Source: a virus (Duplodnaviria > Caudoviricetes). Taken from it: 64,000 bases of DNA. A model generated the notes under the pieces. It was not told where the DNA came from. It worked only from the letters and a program-made list of their open reading frames with translations, and searched no databases. The stretch is from positions 358 to 64,357 of IMG/VR virus record IMGVR_UViG_3300030420_000007. One strand, 5' to 3'. The position numbers and the translations under genes are program-made. Below, one piece after another: positions 54,719 to 62,338 of the stretch; the stretch's first letter is position 1, and the number at the start of each line of letters is the position of its first letter.

Positions 54719-55897
54719 TTAGCCCTCCCTGCGGTTACGCATCTCGCGCAGGCGATCACGTGAGGGGGAGTCACTGTCACCACCAGAGCTTGCGCGCCGC
54801 TGGGTTTTGGGAGCCGGCTTCTCGATCTTGAGCTCTTCGCAAATCCAGTCGGCCAGATCGTCATCGTCCTTGGCTTCGCGCGGGTCGATGTCGATCTTCT
54901 CCTGATCGACCAGGTCTTCCAGCTCGTTGCCCGTCATCGCGTGGATCGATTCCCAGGACAGCTCGGGCTCGGAGGGCTTGCCCCTGCCGGTGCGATCATC
55001 ATCACGGTCACGGTCACGATCACGACCACCGCGATCATCATCACGGTCACGGCTGCTCTTCTGGGCTCCTTGGCCACCGAAGACCTTGGCGATGTGGTCG
55101 TAGTCAAAGTAGTTGAGTTGCTCGGGCAGCGGATGCTCAACAGCGTGGTCCAACCAATCTTCCTTACCCAGGGGCGAAGAGCGCCGGGCAATCGAGACGC
55201 CAAGGTACTCGGTGCGATCCTTGGCCCCCTTCTTCTCGAAGGTCACGTCGTAGCCGTCTTCCGGGTGGTCGATTTCCAGAACTTCCCCGGTGGTGCGGTC
55301 CTGCATGACCTTGACGATGTCCCGGTCCAGGGTCCAGGGCATCGACCACGCCTGTACCCCTTCCTTCTCGTTGTCGCGGTCGATCAGATAGACCAGCACG
55401 CGGCGCTTCGCTTCCAGCTCCTTGGCGTACTTCTCGTCCTCGTCACGCCGGGCGCGCTCATGCTCCTCGGCGATCGGATCGGGCTCACCCCTCATCTTGC
55501 TCAGACACAGGTAGCTCTGGCGATCAGGGCCGACGCCGTAGTGCACGTAGATGTCGAGGCCGAAGTGCTTGGCGCCTTCCCATGTTGGAGGCAAGATGCG
55601 GATGCGGTTGTCCCCATCGTTGGGTTTCCACATCTTGACGCCTTCCTTGAGGATGCGGTCAAAGTCGTTGGCCCCCTTGTTGGCCCGGCTCTTGGCATCA
55701 TCGGGGTTGCGGCTTTGGTACTCGTAGTGACTGCGCTCACGACCACCACGTTCCCGGCCACCCCGGGCGTCATCACGATCACGATCACGGCTACGACCAC
55801 CGCGATCATCATCACGACTGCTGCGGCTTGAGCCGCGGTCATCGTCCCGGCTGCTGCGAGAGCCGCGGTCGTCATCGCGAATTCGATTACGTTCCAT
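54719..55897 (-). CDS. Single-stranded DNA-binding protein (gp32-like) with RD-rich disordered arms
   Basis: K.WKP..G.NRIRILPP, HYGV, E.D...A..L..K.R, D...GYD..FEK.G...TEY; flanking RDDDRGGR repeats. Confidence 0.8.
   Translation of the reverse strand: MERNRIRDDDRGSRSSRDDDRGSSRSSRDDDRGGRSRDRDRDDARGGRERGGRERSHYEYQSRNPDDAKSRANKGANDFDRILKEGVKMWKPNDGDNRIRILPPTWEGAKHFGLDIYVHYGVGPDRQSYLCLSKMRGEPDPIAEEHERARRDEDEKYAKELEAKRRVLVYLIDRDNEKEGVQAWSMPWTLDRDIVKVMQDRTTGEVLEIDHPEDGYDVTFEKKGAKDRTEYLGVSIARRSSPLGKEDWLDHAVEHPLPEQLNYFDYDHIAKVFGGQGAQKSSRDRDDDRGGRDRDRDRDDDRTGRGKPSEPELSWESIHAMTGNELEDLVDQEKIDIDPREAKDDDDLADWICEELKIEKPAPKTQRRASSGGDSDSPSRDRLREMRNRREG
55022..55045. repeat. 24-bp exact direct repeat (second copy 55793-55816)
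   Basis: ACGACCACCGCGATCATCATCACG, encoding RDDDRGGR on the minus strand. Confidence 0.85.
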
Positions 55898-56027
55898 GAT
55901 TCGATTCCTTTTCGTACTGTTGCTTGGACTTGAAGAAGGCCGCGCTTGCTAGGCGCGCCACCAAATAGATTACCACCAGTCCAAGAAATATAGTGGCAAC
56001 GATCTGACCGAAGGACCACTCACTCAT
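55887..56027 (-). CDS. Small single-TM protein, 46 aa (absent from the ORF track)
   Basis: MSEWSFGQIVATIFLGLVVIYLVARLASAAFFKSKQQYEKESNHGT; ATGA overlap with the UvsY-like gene. Confidence 0.6.
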   Translation of the reverse strand: MSEWSFGQIVATIFLGLVVIYLVARLASAAFFKSKQQYEKESNHGT

Positions 56028-56587
56028 GTCAGGGTCCTCCGGCTGGGTTTGGATTGATTCTCCGGCTCCGTAGAGCGACGCAGGCCCTCACGACTATCGG
56101 TCATGGTGGTCATGTGACTGGTGCGCTCCTGGCGCTGATATTCCCCTTGCTGGGCGATCCGCTCCCTGGTCTTCTGATTGCTGCCCGTGTAGTCAACGGA
56201 GAAGTACTGAGCTTGGTAGAGATCGGACAGGGTCTTGAGCGCAAACCCCTTCCCCTTCCAAGCGTCGAGGAGGCCGACCCAGTCCTCATGCGTAGCCCGG
56301 GCCTCCTGATACTTCTGCCAAGCGCTGATGCGCGCAGGACTCCGCATGATCTTGGCATTGATCATCTGGACCGTGATCTTCTCATCAGAGTCCTTGTAAT
56401 CCAGGAGGAGCCTGGCTTCCAGCTGGGCCAGGTCTTCCTTAGCCTGGAGCATCCGCGAGTTATGAATCACCACCTGGGTGGCAATCCGTTGCATTACCTG
56501 GGGTTGTATTTCCAGTTCATCGTCGAGGCGGTGCTTGACGATCTGGAGCATGGCCCGGTATCGGTCGATGCTGGTAGCGTCGGTCAC
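56024..56587 (-). CDS. UvsY-like recombination mediator
   Basis: L.I....LD.EL..QP, helical coiled coil, AW..KGF.LK.L..LY...YF; next to SSB and RecA. Confidence 0.7.
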   Translation of the reverse strand: MTDATSIDRYRAMLQIVKHRLDDELEIQPQVMQRIATQVVIHNSRMLQAKEDLAQLEARLLLDYKDSDEKITVQMINAKIMRSPARISAWQKYQEARATHEDWVGLLDAWKGKGFALKTLSDLYQAQYFSVDYTGSNQKTRERIAQQGEYQRQERTSHMTTMTDSREGLRRSTEPENQSKPSRRTLT

Positions 56588-56856
56588 GATTTGCTCCGGC
56601 GGATTTTGCTGTTGGAGACAACGGGCTTGTGCTCGTGGTGGGGGCTCCCGCGCTCGCCCTTGGCGTTGATGCGGTAATACATGCCATCGGGTCCAACGAT
56701 GAAGTTGCTCCCGGCCACGCTGACGATTTGAACTGGGGTGACGCCAAAGCCCTGGAGGACTTTGACGGCGTGGTCAAACTTGCGTTGCTTGTAACGGTGA
56801 ATGATGTTGGTCCAGATGCGGTTAAGCATGGCCAGCTTGACGGTGGGTTGTTCCAT
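56584..56856 (-). CDS. Hypothetical protein
   Basis: RBS AAGGAG; 90 aa. Confidence 0.65.
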   Translation of the reverse strand: MEQPTVKLAMLNRIWTNIIHRYKQRKFDHAVKVLQGFGVTPVQIVSVAGSNFIVGPDGMYYRINAKGERGSPHHEHKPVVSNSKIRRSKS

Positions 56857-56892
56857 GGTGGGCTCCTTTGCTGCGATAGATATACAGGGGAC

Positions 56893-57870
56893 TCAGGGAT
56901 AGAGGAGGCGGCCGAACGAGATGAGCAGGGGCGCTGTCTTGTCGCTGGGGTTGCAAGGCTTGGAAAAGCATTCGAGGATGTCGAGGAGCCGGGTGATCTC
57001 GGAATCCTTCTTTGCCCCCATCAGAACCACGTTAAGGTAGTTGACAATGAGGATGCGGATGGTCTCAGCCGGGATGTCGCTGAGCGCCTTCAGAAGCCTG
57101 GTGACCTCGGCCCAGTCAAGCTGTCCCCGAATCAACCCCCGGCAGAGTTCAATGACCTCCGCGCTATCGGTGGGCATCTGGAGGAGAGTGGCGGCCTCCT
57201 GCTCGTCATCGCAGTCATGCACCTTGGCCAGCATGGTCAAGGCAGCACGGGGGCTTCCTTCGCAGGCGTTGGCCACCTGGCGCAGGATGGGCATGTCTGT
57301 TTCGTAGCCCTCGGAGTCGCAAACCTTTTCCAGGAGGTCAAGCAAGTCGTCGATCTTGACCGGCTTGAGATTGAAGGCCACGCAGCGTGTCATCATCGCG
57401 GCCGGGATCTTCTCGGGGTTCGTCGAGCAGAAGAAGAAGTAGACGTGGGGCGGTGGCTCCTCGGTTGACTTGAGCAGTGAGTCCCAAGCCTGCTTGCTCA
57501 AGCCTTGGCACTCGTCGATGATGATTGCCTTGTTCGGGTGCTCACCAAATCCGTTGTAGCGCAGAGCCCCGGTGATCTTCCGCATGTCATCGATGCCCGA
57601 GTTGCTGGCGGCGTCGACCTCGATCATGCTGTCCGTCGAGCAGTTGAAGCGTGCAGCCAGGATCCGAGCCAGGGTGGTCTTACCAGTTCCAGCCGGACCG
57701 GTGAACAGGAAGGTGTGCGGGTGGGAACCCATCTTGAGCATGGTGTCCAGCGACTTGACCACTGGCCCCTGACCAACCACCTCGGTCAGGACCTTGGGCC
57801 GGTACTTGACGTGCAGGGGCGGAGAGGCCACCACTGTGGGCTCAACCTCTTTGTTGATTTGCTTTCTCAT
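56893..57870 (-). CDS. Clamp-loader AAA+ subunit (DnaX/RFC-like)
   Basis: LHVKYRP..L.EVVGQ, GPAGTGKT, IIDECQGL, LLKSTEEPP, TRC, GSPR.A. Confidence 0.9.
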   Translation of the reverse strand: MRKQINKEVEPTVVASPPLHVKYRPKVLTEVVGQGPVVKSLDTMLKMGSHPHTFLFTGPAGTGKTTLARILAARFNCSTDSMIEVDAASNSGIDDMRKITGALRYNGFGEHPNKAIIIDECQGLSKQAWDSLLKSTEEPPPHVYFFFCSTNPEKIPAAMMTRCVAFNLKPVKIDDLLDLLEKVCDSEGYETDMPILRQVANACEGSPRAALTMLAKVHDCDDEQEAATLLQMPTDSAEVIELCRGLIRGQLDWAEVTRLLKALSDIPAETIRILIVNYLNVVLMGAKKDSEITRLLDILECFSKPCNPSDKTAPLLISFGRLLYP

Positions 57871-57879
57871 GTTTGATCC

Positions 57880-60477
57880 TTATGCGTAGGGGTTAGGGGT
57901 TCCGAAAAGCTCATGACTGCGCACCACGGCGATTTCCTCAAGCTCATGCCAGCGATGGCCGACCGAGACTTCAACGACCAGGGGCACGTTAATGTAGTCA
58001 AACCTGGGCAGGCACATTTCCTTACTGATGATCGCAATCCGGCTTTCAAGGTCTGCGTCATTAATACGGAAGGTCAGATCGTCATGGACGTTGATGATGG
58101 GGATTAGGCTCACGTCGTCTTCCGCCAGGCCACGCTCTGAAAGCACATTCATGCCCTCGAACACGATGTCAGCAGCGGTCCCCTGGATCGGCATGTTGAT
58201 GATCTCGTTCTTGGTCATGGGACCACGACGACGCCGACCACCCAGGGTCTCAACGTAGAGGTTCTTGCTGTAGTCCCTGAGCAGCTTCTCCTGCCACTTT
58301 TTGACCACCCGAAACTCATCCCAGAACTCAGCGCCCAGGTCCTCGGCGATCCGCTCGGGGAGATGAAGCTGCTCTGCGCAGCTTCTGGTACTAGAGCCGA
58401 AGAGCTGGGGGAAGACCCAGCCGTTCTTCGCCTCCTGGCGCAAGGTCTTCAGCCCCTTTTCGTCCCAGTCAACACCGAAGGTCTCGACGATGTAATCCTT
58501 GATGGGACCGTACTCCTGAACCATGCGCTCGGCCCAGTACTTGTGGACGTCATATCCGGTCCAGCAATACTTGACGAGGTTGGGGTCCTCACTCGCCATA
58601 CCCACCACACGGAACTCGATCTGACCGTAGTCACAGGCCACCAACCACTGCCCATCCGGGGCGTAGGCCATGCCCCTGACCTCCTTGTGTTTGCGCTTGG
58701 GCCAGTTCTGGATGTTGGGGTCCTCCGAAGCTCCGCGCCCGGTGACGGCCACCATGCTTGAGTACTTGCTCCTGACCTTACCATCCGGACAGATGATCTT
58801 GCCGTCAATGATGGGCTTGAGGTAAGTCCCCATGAGTTTGGAAAGAGCCCGGTGCTCTAGGACGAGTGGAGCGCTTGGGACTTCCTTGACGGGGATCTTG
58901 CTGAGTGCCTCCTCGTCAGACGTGAACCTAACCGCTCCGGAGCGGGAATCCTCGACCCTGACTTCATCACGCTGGCAGACGTCGCGCATCAGCTTAAGCA
59001 CTTGATCGGGGTTGGTGGGCTGGAAAGACCCAAAGCGTGATTCGTAGTCCTTGACCTCTGGGCACCGCTTGAGCTTGGCTTCGATGGACTGCGTCTCAGC
59101 CGTCATCCGCTTGAACATGTCGGTGGCATAACCCACGTCGATGTCAACCCCGCGGGCCTCGGTTAAGACCAGGGTGGGAGCCAGACGGACCTTACGCTCG
59201 TACTCGTGCTGGTAGGCGGGCTCTGCCATGACGATGGGCTTGATCCTGCGCCGAAGCAGGTCGGTCCACTTGGCGTCCATGCCGCAATACCGCAGCGTGT
59301 CCTTGATCGGGTACTCAACGATGCGCTTGACATCAACGTTGCTCTGATCCTTGAGGAAGAACCCGAAGTGAATCCGGGTCTGCATGTCGAGGGACTTGGT
59401 GCCTGATCTTTCGTCAAGCGTATGGCATAGCGCCATCGTGTCATCCCACTCCGTCTGGCGCAGCAGCTTCCCCCCGAAGAAGAACTCGAACCACTCCATC
59501 TCCATCGCCAGGTTGTGCGCGGTCTTCCTGCCGCTGTTAACCAGGTACTGGCCGAAGAGGTCCCAAACCTTCTTACGCCTGGCGGCGGTGCCCCAGCCCT
59601 CGGGATGATCCAGGGGGAAGGCAACGGTTCGCTCGAAGGTGCCTACGGCCACCATCCAGATGTGAGGATCCTTGAGGAAGTAGGGGCGCAGTCCATTGGT
59701 CTCAATGTCGACCGATGACTCAGGCTCTGACGCTAGGTCAATCAAGGCCTGCTCAACGCGCTGGAGATCACCGGGCTCCTGCCCCGTAATGATCTCGATG
59801 CCCTCGTCATAGGGACCCGCGTAGAACTTGGGATTCGGCAGACCAGAATCGAGAAGCGTCTTCAGCCGCTTGATGTCATGCTCGAAGGCCAGCTCGTACT
59901 CTGATTTCCCGTACTGCTGCTTCTTGTGCAGGTAGTTGGGATAGAGCAGTTGGTAGTAGTAGCAGACATGGTTGCCGATCTTGGTAACGAACAGCGTCCC
60001 CCGGTGCGGGATGGAACTGCCCTCCACGCCGGTAGCCCAGTGCAGAGGCGCATCACCAACGCCCACCACGATCAAGGGCTTGGTAGCCTCGATGTCTGAG
60101 ACCACCCGGCCCCGGCAGCACTCAACCTCAACCACGGTTTGATCCCCGTGGCATTGGGTCACATGCCCGGTCCTGACCTCGCGCTCAAGAAAGCCCGCCC
60201 CGAACTTGCTCCAGATGTGATCCCCAAGCTTTCCACTCAGGGGCTGTCTAGAGCGATCATCGTCTTCCGTGGGGGCTGGCATCAAAAGGTAGATTTGCGC
60301 GCTCCTAGAGCCTCCTGGTGCCATCTTGGGGCTGTTTAGCCCCTTGTCCTTGTCCCTGGGGCAGACTGAGCACCCTAGCTGCCGCAGGCTATTGATCGGG
60401 ATGTCAGCGCGGCGCCCCCTGCCCACAGCCTTGGGTGCGGGGGCGGCCTTCTTCGTAGCGTTGTAGAAGAACGACAT
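57880..60477 (-). CDS. Family A DNA polymerase with N-terminal UDG-like domain and 3'-5' exonuclease
   Basis: DIET, HN, DTM, Y.GMDA exonuclease motifs; TGR.AS.DPNIQN, ACDYGQIEFR (A), R..AK...F...FG (B), NVHDD (C). Confidence 0.93.
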   Translation of the reverse strand: MSFFYNATKKAAPAPKAVGRGRRADIPINSLRQLGCSVCPRDKDKGLNSPKMAPGGSRSAQIYLLMPAPTEDDDRSRQPLSGKLGDHIWSKFGAGFLEREVRTGHVTQCHGDQTVVEVECCRGRVVSDIEATKPLIVVGVGDAPLHWATGVEGSSIPHRGTLFVTKIGNHVCYYYQLLYPNYLHKKQQYGKSEYELAFEHDIKRLKTLLDSGLPNPKFYAGPYDEGIEIITGQEPGDLQRVEQALIDLASEPESSVDIETNGLRPYFLKDPHIWMVAVGTFERTVAFPLDHPEGWGTAARRKKVWDLFGQYLVNSGRKTAHNLAMEMEWFEFFFGGKLLRQTEWDDTMALCHTLDERSGTKSLDMQTRIHFGFFLKDQSNVDVKRIVEYPIKDTLRYCGMDAKWTDLLRRRIKPIVMAEPAYQHEYERKVRLAPTLVLTEARGVDIDVGYATDMFKRMTAETQSIEAKLKRCPEVKDYESRFGSFQPTNPDQVLKLMRDVCQRDEVRVEDSRSGAVRFTSDEEALSKIPVKEVPSAPLVLEHRALSKLMGTYLKPIIDGKIICPDGKVRSKYSSMVAVTGRGASEDPNIQNWPKRKHKEVRGMAYAPDGQWLVACDYGQIEFRVVGMASEDPNLVKYCWTGYDVHKYWAERMVQEYGPIKDYIVETFGVDWDEKGLKTLRQEAKNGWVFPQLFGSSTRSCAEQLHLPERIAEDLGAEFWDEFRVVKKWQEKLLRDYSKNLYVETLGGRRRRGPMTKNEIINMPIQGTAADIVFEGMNVLSERGLAEDDVSLIPIINVHDDLTFRINDADLESRIAIISKEMCLPRFDYINVPLVVEVSVGHRWHELEEIAVVRSHELFGTPNPYA

Positions 60478-60479
60478 TT

Positions 60480-61577
60480 TCAGTGCGTGCAGTAGGCCAC
60501 CAGGTGAACGAACTGGGCCTCGGCGTCAGCCAGGACCAGCACGGATTTTGAGAACCCCATAAGAGCGCAGGCTTTCGAGGCCCTGGCCACGAGCGCCGGG
60601 TCAACGTGGAAGGGGTCGGAGGGTTCGTCGGACATCTCTCCTTTGTAGGGCAGCGTGTCATCGGCGTCACCCATGCTGGAGGTTGAGGACATCTTGAAGT
60701 TGCCGTCCCCGATGGTGATCTTCGTGGCCTTGTCGACCTCACCCCCCAGGACTAGCAGGGCGCGCGAGAAAGCCGAGTCAAAGCTGTCCGGGATTTCGGA
60801 CAACTGGTCCTTGAGGTTGACCTGTTTGCAATGCTTGGCCATGATGCGGGGGAAGTCGAGGGGCTCCAGATCAACGGGAGTCTTGGACAGGAGCCTTGCG
60901 TTCGCGCCGAACTCAACCAGGAGGGCGCCGGGGAGCATCACCAAGGCAATCTCGTCGTCGGCAAAAGCCTTCGACAGCGTAACCAGCTGCTCACAGAAGA
61001 AGCGGGGGAGGATGACCGGGGAGTCACCCGGCAATTTGATCTTGCTCTTGGTCTGGTAACGGGAGATCGTGAAGTTGTCGGTCGAGAACAGGACGGCGTT
61101 GCCCTTGTCATCGACGTCGAGGGTCACCCCCATCTGCGCCGGGTGCGTGGGATCCGTACCCACGCTGATCAGACATGCGCTGATGCCCTTGAGGATCGAG
61201 TGGTCCAGGATGATCTCGTCGTCACTGTCCTCGGGCCAGGCAAGGGGGAAGTCCTTTGGCGCCTGGGTGGGCATCTTGATCTTGCTCCGGCCACTGCTCA
61301 GGACCAAGCCGGCGTCGCCGTCTTCCTGGAACATGATCTGGTCGGCGCTAAACGAGCTGAGCGCCCGAATCAGCATTTCCCCAGGCAGGCACTTCTCGAT
61401 CTCGACCCCAGCGCGCACGGAGATGGCCGAGATGTCGTTGTAGGCCGTGGCGAAGCCCTTGTCAAACTTGATCGTCTGAAGAGCCGGAATGTAGGACTGC
61501 GTTGACAAGGCCGGCCTCACGAGCCCGGTGATCTTGATCAATGCTTCGCGGTCGATGGTCTGTTTGTTGGCGCTCAT
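60480..61577 (-). CDS. Sliding clamp (DnaN/beta-clamp-like)
   Basis: 365 aa; ATAYND, DFP, GV, LFSTDN..ISR, SK...DFP; adjacent to polymerase and loader. Confidence 0.85.
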   Translation of the reverse strand: MSANKQTIDREALIKITGLVRPALSTQSYIPALQTIKFDKGFATAYNDISAISVRAGVEIEKCLPGEMLIRALSSFSADQIMFQEDGDAGLVLSSGRSKIKMPTQAPKDFPLAWPEDSDDEIILDHSILKGISACLISVGTDPTHPAQMGVTLDVDDKGNAVLFSTDNFTISRYQTKSKIKLPGDSPVILPRFFCEQLVTLSKAFADDEIALVMLPGALLVEFGANARLLSKTPVDLEPLDFPRIMAKHCKQVNLKDQLSEIPDSFDSAFSRALLVLGGEVDKATKITIGDGNFKMSSTSSMGDADDTLPYKGEMSDEPSDPFHVDPALVARASKACALMGFSKSVLVLADAEAQFVHLVAYCTH

Positions 61578-61731
61578 GGAGTTTCTCCTTGATGGTTTGG
61601 TTCAGTTGAGAGAGTGAGGTAAAGGCTTTTGGATGATCGTAGAAGCTGACCAGTCCCGAGGTCTCCCCAGCCTCTACGATGGGTTGTCCCATGTAGAGGG
61701 GAGCAGACCCAAGGACGGCGTAGACCTTCAC
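61462..61731 (-). CDS. Small protein B, resembles the N-terminal beta-alpha-beta unit of TGT/DpdA barrels
   Basis: MKVYAVLGS...IVEAGETSGLVSFYDH; GTGA-coupled to the NDT-like gene; 3' part overlaps the clamp gene. Confidence 0.6.
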   Translation of the reverse strand: MKVYAVLGSAPLYMGQPIVEAGETSGLVSFYDHPKAFTSLSQLNQTIKEKLHERQQTDHRPRSIDQDHRAREAGLVNAVLHSGSSDDQV

Positions 61732-62135
61732 GGCTTGACCCGTTCGATCAGCTGGTTGATGGCCTGGTCGATGCCGCTGACGATCTCAGAGGCGTGGAAC
61801 CAAAGCCACGGGCTGATTGGTGTATAGGGGTTGGGTCGGGCATCAATCACAATGATCGGCTTCTCGTGCTGGTGAGCGTAGACGATCTCCATGCTGGTCC
61901 CAATGCTGGGGCGGTCATGGTAGACCACCACGCCGTCACAGACCTGGATGTCCTTGAGATCACCTTGGACGATGGCATGAGCCAGGCTGGTCGTCATCTC
62001 GTCGACCGTCCGGTAATCATGCCTCATGGGGTCGAGGCAGGCCCCGGGCCACTTGCTGGCGAACTCCGCCCGCCAGTTACGGCACTCGGCGTCAGAGCAG
62101 CCCGCAATGGGGCCTGACAAGTAAATCAGCTTCAT
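61728..62135 (-). CDS. Nucleoside 2-deoxyribosyltransferase / dNMP N-glycosidase-like protein
   Basis: IYLSGPI, DL.DI..CDGVV, SIGTSMEI.YA...KP. Confidence 0.85.
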   Translation of the reverse strand: MKLIYLSGPIAGCSDAECRNWRAEFASKWPGACLDPMRHDYRTVDEMTTSLAHAIVQGDLKDIQVCDGVVVYHDRPSIGTSMEIVYAHQHEKPIIVIDARPNPYTPISPWLWFHASEIVSGIDQAINQLIERVKP

Positions 62136-62338
62136 GGTTTGTCCTTCTTGGTGGTGGTTGGTGATAGAGCCCGACGGGCCGGGCTCTTGCGTTGCTGGAA
62201 AATGGTTGAGCGGTTCTTGCCGTTGTACTCAGCGAAGGTCACCAAGAGCCGCGTGTGCCCTCCCTGCAGAAGACCGTGGGAGTACCCGGCGGTCCCCTCA
62301 AGCTCAGAGGATGACTGGACCAGATAGATCAGTGCCAT
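62132..62338 (-). CDS. Small protein A, resembles the N-terminal beta-alpha-beta unit of TGT/DpdA barrels
   Basis: MALIYLVQS...LLQGGHTRLLVTFAEY; starts 10 nt inside the dpdA 3' end after GGGGGA. Confidence 0.65.
   Translation of the reverse strand: MALIYLVQSSSELEGTAGYSHGLLQGGHTRLLVTFAEYNGKNRSTIFQQRKSPARRALSPTTTKKDKP

Noticed and set aside
57880-60477. Intein or intron in polymerase, helicases or terminase
   Set aside because: Lengths are accounted for by recognised domains; no HN-C/S/T splice junction or LAGLIDADG/HNH insert noticed.
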